A stretch of 63,273 bases of DNA, filler included, from Welwitschia mirabilis (Eukaryota): NCBI GenBank assembly GCA_051453625.1. It is 3 parts of one record of this genome, joined end to end, with 100 filler letters (N's around TTAATTAATTAA, not from the genome) between each part and the next. Parts side by side here need not be neighbours in the genome. Positions count along the whole stretch, not along the records: positions 30,609 to 45,175 come from JBOZIK010000001.1; positions 45,276 to 63,273 come from JBOZIK010000001.1; 1 more part is not named here. One strand, written 5' to 3'. Made by a program: the position numbers and the translations under genes. Positions 41,760-52,365 of this stretch are shown here, one piece after another. Below the pieces are notes generated by a model, which was given only the letters and a program-made list of their open reading frames with translations, was not told the DNA's origin and searched no databases. How positions within the stretch are numbered: position 1 is the stretch's first letter; every line of letters begins with the position of its first letter.

Positions 41760-42904
41760 GGCCTTTTTCAAGTCATTCAAGTACGATTTTCGTGAATACT
41801 TGTAAATAAACAAGAACATGATCATCTGAACAAAAAAGGGATTCATACATCTTAGGGCATAACTTTCAAATCCAACGGAATTACCAAAACATAGAGAAAT
41901 TTAATCATAAAGGATCCAGCGTTAATCACAGTGAGCATTCATTTGAACAGTCTTTTTATCATCTGGATCCCACTCGTTTCAAGGTTTTGGAACGGATTTA
42001 TTATTAACTACCTTCATAGGAGAGACATATCCAAACGCGACCATTTCCCAGATGTCACACTCTAAGGATTATAACAAAATAGCTAATTTGGTTCTCCAAT
42101 AAGCATAATTTAAACATGAGAACAGAGAAGGTCTAGAAATTGATTGTCCTCCTGTGTACCTTGAAGATGCCATCTTTGAAAGAACCTGAAAAAACAGAGT
42201 AAACCATAATCTAGAGCAACCAGACTCTAATACCAATTGTTAGGATCAAAAACACCCTAAAGGAGGGGTTAAATAGGGTTTTTCAAAAATTTAGTCTAGA
42301 AGAATAAATAAAACTGCACATAGTTAAAATAATGACATGGAAATAAAACAAGTTTCAAAAATAGAGTGTGCACCAGAACTTTTCTAGTGGAGCTCGGCTC
42401 TCCAGCCTACTCCACTCTCAGGGACAGAATAGTGCCTTTAGCCTCGTGGTTCCCTTATATCAAAAATTCTTCTAATACAATCAACCTTTCTTTCTAGGGT
42501 ACAGGAATTACAATCCTTGCTCTTTCAGAGCAACACAAGACAAGAAGAATAACCTGATGTTGTTGAGCCTTTCAAGCATAGATCATTAGCATTGAGTACA
42601 ATCGGAATAATTAGATTTTCCTATTTCAAAGCACTATTATATCCAGAAGAAAACCCCCCTTTTGATACAAACATTGTAATTTTTTCAAAGGTCACAAAAG
42701 TGTGTTACACCCCTATTCTTTTTTAGAACATTTCTATGATGAGCACTCAAGGGAGTGAAGAAGATGTTAGACGATGTGATCTTGATTAGCATGCCTCCAA
42801 AAATGCCTTTTTAGCCATTTGTGCCTTTGATTCAATGCCTAAGGTTTACCAAAGTGTGCACTCCGCAATAATGTTCATCTTCCTAGACGTCCCCTTTAGA
42901 AAAT
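41760..42904 (-). mobile_element. 5' fragment of a SIRE-like copia: gag start (ATG 42173), PBS 42224-42235, partial 5' LTR from 42238
   Basis: MASSRYTGGQSISRP; PBS complement ACTCTAATACCA; LTR TGTTAGGATC...GGGGTTAAATAGGG; cut at 42905 by another LTR. Confidence 0.8.
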
Positions 42905-44936
42905 TGTTAGGAGCTTGAGGCACCCTAGAGGGGGGTGCTCAATAGGGTTTTAAAATTAATTTGCAATAACAAAACTTTAGAGATAGAAATTTAGTAAAAG
43001 GATAGACAAAAACATGAAATAATAAGACAACAAAACAACTGCAAGTGCATCAGGATATTATAGTGGTTTGGTCAAGCCTACTCCACTCTCAGGGGGTAGC
43101 AACTGATATTTATTCCCCCTAATTTTGATAGCCCTTTTTCAAGCTCGAATTTGTAATCCTCCGTTTGTTTCTCCCCCTTTTGGCATCATTGATCTTACCT
43201 ATCCAAACAAAAAGAACAAAGAATACCCATGAAAGGCATATGTAGAAAAAGAGAAAATAAACATCAGTACAATGTAGATAACTATATAAAACAAGTAACA
43301 TAAAGCTATATTAATGATAACAAAATAATATTTTTGATTATATATCGATCACTGTTTGTCATACATAGAGCATAAGCATGAGACAAGCACTATGCTCAGA
43401 AGTACTTAAACTTGATCGAATATGCACAATGTTATTACTCATTAATGTTTAGATCATACCTTAGTTGGGCATGTTCCAATGCCAAATTCTACTCTTAAAG
43501 ATTCAAACCTTGCCTTTGTGGATATATCTAATTCTTGTTGAGATATTGTCTTTAGGTTTTCAATATTGGAGTGCCCTCTTCTTCTATGCCATAGCCTTTC
43601 TTCACTTTCTATGATGGATGCCTTTCTATTGTCTCCAAAGGAGACCTCTCCACCATTGTAACCAACTAGAGTGTGAAACTGTCATTTATGTCCTGTCATA
43701 TGTCTTGAGCACCCACTATCTAGGAACCATTTTAGAAGTTATTTGGCCTTCAATGTAGTTTGTGCAAAGAATCCCTTAATGGAATCATTTCTAATCCATT
43801 TTTGCCCATAGGTTTGCTGCTTCTCCATCCTTTTTAGTCTCCATAAAAACCTATCATTCTTATAACAAAAGAATTTTCTTTTTCTAATAAGACATTACTC
43901 GAATGAATGTTGGAGGATGTCCTTGGATTTCTAGCGACCTTTAGTTCTTTCCTCAAATCTGAAATGGTCTTGTTTGTAGCCACAAGATTTCCACCAATCC
44001 TTTCCATCTCTTGGTTGGCTAGATCAAGTTTAGATTGAAAAATAGGCATTTTGATTTTCCAAAATGAATAGTTGGACCCATTAAAGAAAGGAGGTCTTGC
44101 GATTGAGTGACCTTCATAGAAATTCGATCCTATTTGATCAACTCAGAGTGGTAAAACTCTATCAAGAGTAACCTCACTTTAATACCAATTGCAAATCCTA
44201 GAGGGGGGTTGAANNNNNNNNNNNNNNNNNNNNNNNNNNCCACCTTGGGAGTTGTCTGATTCAGATTTTTCATCATCATCCCATGTGACCTTTAGTGCTC
44301 TCTTTCCTTTGTCTTTCGCTTTCCTAGTATTGGCACACTCAGCAATAGTGTAACCAAATCCTTTGCACTCAAAGCATTGCAAAGGTTTCTTCATCCTATT
44401 GTTAACTTTATCCTTATTTCTTCTGTCAAATTGATCCTTAATTGAGCTTGGCCTTCTTCTCCTAGACTCCTTTTGCTTCCACAAAAATCTTTTGAAANNN
44501 NNNNNNNNNNNNNNNNNNNNNNNNNNNNNNNNNNNNNNNNNNNNNNNNNNNNNNNNNNNNNNNNNNNNNNNNNNNNNNNNNNNNNNNNNNNNNNNNNTCT
44601 TCTGTCAAATTGATCCGTAATTGAGCTTGGCCTTCTTCTCCTAGACTCCTTTTGCTTCCACAAAAATCTTTTGAAATTTTTAGCCAGAGAGGCTAAATCT
44701 TCATCATCTTCTTCATTGCTTGATTCATCCTGGTCTCGACTAGAACACTTTAGGGCTATGTTTTTGGCTTTAGGTGTATCTTCAACCAAAATGGTAGACA
44801 CATATGCAATCAAAGATCCTTTAAGCTCCTCCAAGCTCATGGCATCCGGATTTTCGCTTTCCGCTATGGCAGTGATCTTTGTTCAAAACGGTTTGGGCAA
44901 GCTCATTAAGACTTTTCTCACAACTCTTCTTTCAAG
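42905..44936 (-). mobile_element. Heavily deleted/rearranged SIRE-like copia fragments
   Basis: LTR end TGTTAGGAGC...GGGGGTG, PPT motif CTCCCCCTTTTGGCATC (43171), WFLDSGCSRHMTG (~43695-43730), gag start with PBS remnant (~44050-44190), and gag zinc knuckle CFECKGFG (44179-44840). Confidence 0.75.
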
Positions 44937-45175
44937 TGTTACAAATCTAACAAGGAGAAAGTACTTCAACAAAATGGAACAGCATGCACACAAAATGAAC
45001 AACATAGATTTTACGTGGTTTGGTCTCTTTTTACCCTACATCCACGAGAAGCAATGCAGAGCTCTATTGATTGATTAGGAGCAAAAAGGTGTCTAGATAC
45101 AACAAACAATCCTTTAATAAGTTTATATAGCCCTAGGGTTAGGGTTACAAGCCAATCCCCTTTTACAACTTTAAA
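44937..45175 (-). mobile_element. LTR fragment of another copia family, running into a gap
   Basis: Begins TGTTACA abruptly inside gag; contains GATTTTACGTGGTTTGG...CTACATCCACG and TTTATATAG, like the LTR at 14467. Confidence 0.55.
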
Positions 45176-45275
45176 NNNNNNNNNNNNNNNNNNNNNNNNN
45201 NNNNNNNNNNNNNNNNNNNTTAATTAATTAANNNNNNNNNNNNNNNNNNNNNNNNNNNNNNNNNNNNNNNNNNNN

Positions 45276-45971
45276 AAGAATTTGAACTCTAAATGGCATC
45301 TTAGTTGGTCAGAAAGTAAATGAAAATAATTCTTTAAAGAAGTTTAGAGGATAAAAGCTCATCAGGGGCTTCCTATGGCTTCCTATGGCTCATTCATCAG
45401 GGCCTTCCTATAGCTCATCGTCTGTAACATCTTGGAATATCTCATCCATTGTGTCTTCTGTGTGAAGAAACGGAAACCATTCAGCATACCTTTTGGGATT
45501 GTCGCAATGCTAGACAAGTCTGGGTTTTGATCCAAAGTATTGGGAGAGTTAATACTTCTTTTCAGTATCCCAATTTTATTTTATTAGAAGACCCTCCAAA
45601 CTCTTTCTCCAAGCATGGTTGAAATATCTTAATTCTGGAATGTCTCCACTTTATTTGGAAATACATTGTCAGGCTTGGTTCAATAAGGATTCTATGCAAG
45701 ACTCCTCCACAGACACTAAATATTCAATTCTTGNNNNNNNNNNNNNNNNNNNNNNNNNNNNNNNNNNNNNNNNNNNNNNNNNNNNNNNNNNNNNNNNNNN
45801 NNNNNNNNNNNNNNNNNNNNNNNNNNNNNNNNNNNNNNNNNNNNNNNNNNNNNNNGGGTGTGGTTACTTTTTATCCTTTTTGGGCTCTGCTAAGGTGCTC
45901 TCTCTTGTATAAGTTCTTTCTCTAGCTTAACAACACCCCCACCCCCCTTTCCTTCCTTCAAAAAAAAAAAA
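45276..45971 (+). mobile_element. 3' end of an L1-type LINE (zf-RVT region and poly-A tail)
   Basis: Hand translation from 45446 gives PLCLLCEETETIQHTFWDCRNARQVW, then LHFIWK; A-run at 45960-45971. Confidence 0.75.
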
Positions 45972-46079
45972 GGAAGTTTTAAATTCAAATTTAAGTGTTA
46001 AAGGTATAAATTTTGATTTTATCTTGTTTAATTATTTATTTAACATGTTGTGAGTTTTTCTCACAATGTATGTTTTTGT

Positions 46080-47500
46080 AATTCTTGGATTATCTCCAAA
46101 GATCAACATCTTTCTTATAATAGATTAATTCAATTTTATCATGTTACGATATCGTAGCCATAAATGCAAAATATTTTGCTAAGAATGTTCCATTAATTAA
46201 GATCTCTGAATCCTTTATGTTAGAAAAAGCTATTTCCTTGGGTGCTTTTTTTCATCATCATCCAATCTTAATAGTTCAAGAATGGAAATTGGATTGTATT
46301 GTTAATACTTTGGGACATCATTATGTGCCCAATTTTATGGACTTGACAAACATGCCTCTTATTTTTAAGAAACTCAGTAGACTAGTTATCCATGTTCAAA
46401 ATGTTTTTCCTCACTTGGGATTAGACTAAGGTATTTTATCAATATAGATTTAAACAACCAAAAAAAAAAGTTTTATCCTTTAAAGCTAATTTTGTTACTT
46501 ATCAACAAGAAGTTCTTTACTTTGATCTTACCCAATTCTTGCAAGTATCACCATAAAGAATGTCATTTGTTTAACCACCATCCCTTCTAGCAACAAGAGA
46601 AGTTATGTCACGTCATTAAAACAAAGTTCAAACTTCTTCTACTTTAGGGTTCATTCTTGGTCAAAATGCTACATCTAGTAAGAAAAGACATATAACACCT
46701 TAAAAAAAAAATCAAAATATCTAATCTTGTCCAACCAACAAATGAAAAGAAATTGATGCATCTTTATCTAAAAGTCTCCAATTCCACAAAATGCACATGC
46801 TTATGTTTCAAGTAATGTTCTAAAAAGTAATAGACAATCAAATGTAGAAGGCTTTATAGTGGTGCAATCATATAAATGACTAGTTACGATGGACCTTCAA
46901 AGAAAACGAAGGTTTTTTATAGATCCATTTTTCTTATTATAGAAGCCTCAAATGACAACCTTCAAACCTCTAATAAGTTTTAGGTTTTAGGAGGAAACTA
47001 TAAGAATCACAAGGATTTTAACTACAACCTAATAATTGACATATCTAATAAGATAAAGGCCTTATTCCCAGTGTGTCGATGTTTATATATTCTTAAAATG
47101 TTTGAGGACTCATAGATATCCTTTAGATAGAAAGAGTTAGGGATTTCATTTTGCAATATTCCCTTTCTTTGATTTTATATCACTATAGGAACTTAAAATC
47201 TCTAAATAAGAAGTGAATTTTGTTAAACCTAACTTGCTCTCTTCCATTTGTATCTTGGATCTTAGGCAAAACCTTGAATATGACAGAGAATTTATTTGCT
47301 AGGATTGGGGGATTCTCTTTTGATATGGATTTTTTTTTCAAAGTTCTTTGTTTTCTCTTGAACAGAAATTTTGTCTTATTAATTACCTTTAGTAACTTTA
47401 GTCCTCCTTATAATTTTTTAATAGTTTATCAAAATTTCAATTAGGATATAATCCTATTCTTTAATTCCTTGACATAATTTTATTTTTTAATATTTTTTGT
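46080..47500 (+). mobile_element. Highly decayed L1-type LINE 5' part (ORF1 DUF4283/zinc knuckle, endonuclease remnant)
   Basis: LEKAISLGAFFHHHPILIVQEW resembles the DUF4283 C-terminus; PNSCKYHHKECHL (~46532) resembles a decayed CCHC knuckle; WILG near 47255. Weak. Confidence 0.4.
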
Positions 47501-48720
47501 AAACTAGAATACTTTTGCTAGAGTTTATAATAATTACTTCTTTTTAGATCATTATGCCTTCTGCGTTGACTAGCTCTATCTGCATTTGACCGCTGCTTTC
47601 TTTCCTGCTAGCCGTGGAATTAGGGGAGTTCCAAGTGTGAGGAAGAGCACACAGAGCACTGTCATGAGTTCTATGGAGAACACTATCCATGGATGTGAAT
47701 ATATGTGAAACATGAACGTATAGTGTTAGAAAGCACGGAATGGGAATGCAGGTTAGCGGCAGCGCAAGACTGACAGGCTGCGAGATGAAAAATGTTAGAA
47801 ATATATAGTTTGGACTGCTACAGAATGTTTAGGCAAGGCGGTTTGGATGACTACATATGTGCTACTCATTCATTATAGACTGTTGGATTCATAGGAAATT
47901 GCAGTGATGTTGAATGCAGTAACAAAAAGGCACTCTCTTTGTCGAGTTATTTTATCACCTGTGCATCCTTAACTTATGCACTGCAGACGCCCAAAAAAAA
48001 AAAAAAAGAAAAGAAAACGTCATGTTTAAATGTCTTCTAGATCTCTGTCCACCATTGATTGCTACCATAAAGCTACATTAAATCAAGGTTGCAGAGGGAC
48101 CAGGGAAGCAACTGAGAAATTACTGAGAAATACTTCTGCAATTTTGACTACCAAATTAATGAAAGAATGGTAGTAAAAGAGGCACTAGCGATAGCATGAT
48201 TGGCGACAAACAAGTTGAAATTATAGAGAAAGGTAGTGATTGGAATGTAGTTGGTTATTATTACTACGTATCAGCCTGATTGAAGAGCAGGTCGCTACAT
48301 TACACGAGATTAAAGAGTCAGTGACTGCATTAAAAAAGGGAGTAGTATCATGGCTATCAGAAAGAAGTGTAGCAAAATAAAGTTGATGAAGCATCTGACG
48401 AATTTGCAGAGCAACTGGCTAACCAGGAGGATGATGATATTGCATCGATATCTGTCATTAGAAACATTGCTAACTTATAAACTTGAGTGGCCTCTGTTAT
48501 TAGAAAAACTGATTGACATATGAACTTCGATGGCGTATTTTCAATTGATTTTCAACGACGCCTTTTCTTTTAACAAGAAAGATGAAGTCTGAGCAGAAGA
48601 GATATGGTTTATTATAAATGGTGCTCATTAGTTTTGCATTTTTTGTTGTAGATGGTTCTCATCAATTTTGCATATTGACTGCAAACATTTGAGGTCCTTG
48701 TTTAGCATGCATATTAACTG

Positions 48721-51179
48721 AAAAGGCTTAAGTGCTTACAGAAGATGAGAGCTAAAAAGAGCAGAATTAGAGAAGAATCCGTGGAGAAAAAGATAATAGA
48801 AGTTCTATCATCTATCGCTAAGAAACATGTTGTGGAAAAGGAAAAATTGGGCGATTTATATCATCGAAAACAAGAAGATTCTTCACAACACATCTTTAAT
48901 TTTTATGAAATTTGTTTGCAGCGTCTGTGGATGTAGATGTCTTTCATCATCATGATGATGTTGTTGAACTTTTCTAACTCAAAAAACTCTTAACTGAATG
49001 GACGTTTCAGAAGTGCACTTAATGATTACAAAATCTGCAGTTATACAGATGTAGTTGTCTTTCTTCATGATGATGTTGTTGTTGAACTTTTCTAACTCAA
49101 AAAACTCTTAACCAAATGGACATTTTAGAAGTGCACTCAATGACGGCAAAATCTGCAGTTCTCTGCATGGCATTGTAACGTTTCCTCTTAATCATGCTTC
49201 AGCTATGTACATTCAACTCTTTTAAAATTCATACTTTTTGGTTGTTAAGGATCTATTGAACTTGGCATAAAATTTGATTTGTCAGTTTTACTTAAAATTT
49301 GAGATTGCAGGACGTCCATAGATTTGTTGGAAAAATTAGATTCATCAATTCCACTTAAAAATTGACATTTAGAAATCTAAAGCAAATATGATTATCTTGG
49401 CTTGGATGCATTTTATGAGATAATTATCATGAGACTATTGCCTCTCACATAATGGTTTTTCAAAGAATTGACTATATCATATATAACTAAATGAACAGTA
49501 TCTATGAGAGAAAAGCGGATGCAAATGGTGCTTCATGTGATATAAGTGTACATCACCATCAAAGCAGTGATAAAATCAATGTTGCGCTGTTGCAAAAATA
49601 GGATAGAGCAAAGGAAGAGCATTATTTTATGCTAAGTACAATGCCAATTGTAATTAGGATTTCCGTGTCAGCCATGAAAACACAATTAGCTCATTGTTAA
49701 GCGAAACACTCTTCCAAGCTTGAATTTTCGTACTTTATTCAGCAATCCATCTCTCCTGCATTCTTTGATACTGATCTCCTTCTTTAGAGATAAAATATTA
49801 CGTGCTTTTAGTTATGCAAACAACAATCAATCAAATGGCTGACAACTATCTGTAGCTGAAAGTCCCCTTTCATATGTGAGTGTTGAATTTTCAAATATAG
49901 CAACTACCGTCATCCAAGTTGTGTTTGCAGTAGTATCAATGGGTCTCATGGTTATCACCATTCCTTATACTTATGGCCATCATGTTTATGATCATTACAT
50001 CATTAGTGACTTTACTGACATGGACCATCTCATTGATTGAGAAATAGGTTACAAGTGAGTCAAGTTTGGCATGTTTCCACAAACTCGACGTAGACGACTA
50101 TGATTACTGTATTTGGAAATTCGACGCTCACCTATGGTAGGGGACTTTCAACTGGAGATATACATGTGTTTAAATTTTTTGATTTTACTGAAGCTAATAG
50201 GTTATCATTCATTTGATTAATTATTATTTGTGTAACTAAAAGCAAATAACATTCCATCTCTAAAGAAGAAGATTAGTATCAAAGAACACAAGAGAAATGG
50301 GTTGCTGAATAGAGTAAGAAAATTCAAGATTAGAAGAGTGTTACACTTAACAATAAGCTAATTGTGAATGTTTTCATTGCAGATATGAAGATTGTGATTA
50401 CAATTGGCATTCTACTTAACAGAAAACATTGCTCTTTCTTCACTCTATCATATTTTTGCAATAGCACAATATTGATTTTATCACTACTTCGATGGTGATC
50501 TATCATATGGAGCACCATTTACGTCCACTTTTCTTTCATAGAAATTGTTCAATTAATTATATAAGATACAGTCAATTCTTTAAAAAACCATTATGTTAAA
50601 GGTGATAGTCTCATGATTAGTATCTCATAAAATGTATCCAAGCCAACATAACCATATTTTCTTTAGATTTATAAATATTAATTTTTGAAAGGAATTGATA
50701 AGTCTAATTTTTCCAACAAATCTATTGACATCATGCAATCTCAAATTTTTAGTAACATTGAAAAATTAGATTTTATGCTAAGCTCAATAGATCCTCAACA
50801 ACCAAAAAGTATCAATTCTAAAAGCCTTAAATGTATGTAGTTGAAGCATGATCAAGAAAACATTATAATGCCACGTAGAGAACTAAAGATTTTGCAGTCA
50901 TTAAGTATCCTCCTCAAACATCTGTTTCGTTAAGAGTGTTTTGAGCTAAAAACGTTCAACAATAACATCATCATGATGAAAGACATCTACATCCATTAAT
51001 GCTATGAACAAATTTGTAAAAATTAAAAATTTGTTGTGAAGAATCTTCTTCTTTTCAGTGATGTAAATCACTCCATCTTTCCTTTTCCACAACATGTTTC
51101 TTAGTGATGGATGATAAAAGTTCTATTATATTCTTCTCCACAGATTCTTCTCTAATTTTGTAAGCACTCAAGCCTTTTT
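48721..51179. repeat. Long imperfect inverted repeat (arms ~48721-49911 and ~50094-51179, loop ~180 bp)
   Basis: AAAAGGCTTAAGTGCTTACA pairs with TGTAAGCACTCAAGCCTTTT; AAGAAACATGTTGTGGAAAAGGAAA with TTTCCTTTTCCACAACATGTTTCTT; ATAGATTTGTTGGAAAAATTAGA with TCTAATTTTTCCAACAAATCTAT; TGAAAGTCCCCT with AGGGGACTTTCA. All are collinear. Confidence 0.92.
48930..49160. repeat. ~118-bp tandem duplication within the left arm of the inverted repeat
   Basis: GATGTAG...TTGTTGAACTTTTCTAACTCAAAAAACTCTTAAC...AAAATCTGCAGTT occurs twice; the right arm has one copy (~50880-50995). Confidence 0.9.
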
Positions 51180-51199
51180 GAAGTTAGCAAGAAAAATTA

Positions 51200-51410
51200 T
51201 CCTTTCACATGGGAATATCAATTTCCAAATACAACAACTACAATTTTCCAAGTCATGTTTGCATTAGTATTAATAAGTCTCATGCTTTTGATCATTCCCT
51301 ACACTTATGGCCATCATGTTTATGGTTATTAACTGGCCCATGCCATGTGAATCAGTTTAATGACACAGTCCATCTCACTAATTGACAAATATGTTGCAAG
51401 TAAGCCAAGT
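51200..51410 (+). repeat. Diverged direct copy of 49865-50066
   Basis: Shared CCTTTCA(C/T)ATG, GTTTGCA, ACTTATGGCCATCATGTTTATG, CCATCTCA and CAAGT(G/A)AG(T/C)CAAGT in the same order. Confidence 0.85.
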
Positions 51411-52365
51411 CCACTGAAGAAAGTCTCAAGTGTAGTTTATACTAGCAGAGAAATGCAATGAATGGCATTGGTAAAGGGTGGAGGCATGTCAAATTTCTAG
51501 GTACTACACAAATGGTGATGGTAGACTAGAAGGCATAAAGAGCAAATGATGGTAAGCATTATTAGTAAATGTTGGAGACCTTAGTTTCAGCCACCTTGAA
51601 AGGAGGTGAATAGGAAGACTTACTAAATAGGTAGTGGTGCTAGGTACCTAGTCAAAATGCAAATGACAACATGATTAATGGCAAAAAATGATTCATAGTA
51701 AAAGCAATGACATGGATGTGGTTATAGTTTAAGCTTATCACTACTACTAATGTGGCTATGTTCACTTTTTCCATTTACTCAATGGCTAGTTATGATGTGT
51801 GGTTGTTTGGTATGTTGGTGGACTGAGAAGCTGCATTTACATTGATTTCTTATGTAGGATGGAATGAATGGAGTAGGTGCATGGAGTCTGAAGACATTCT
51901 AGAGCCACAAGACAATGGTGAAACTAAACATGACGAAGGATGGTGGCACTACAGATTTAGAGCATGGTTCTAAGAGTGAGAAAAAGAATCAACACAAGTG
52001 TCATGAGGAACGTGGCTGCAGACATGTAAAACATAAATGCTTAGCACCAGAGAGAAAGAGAGGGTTGAAAGTTAATTGAGGTAATTTGCATGTAAGAAAG
52101 TATAGTTAATGAATCAAAGATGGTAGCCAGTGGGAAAAATCTACTATGACAAAGACCCACTGAGAGGACGTGGACAGGATTACTATTGTTGAATAAGGTA
52201 GCCACACATGAAGGGCTCTTTCACATATAATGTATTTTGCTTAATAGATAGGGCACAAGGTTATTAATAGTTGACACACAGGAACTATTGACAGACAAGA
52301 TAGGGCATTAATTTGCTATGTTATAAGGGTAGACATTTGGATGTCTAAATATTTGCTATGCTATG

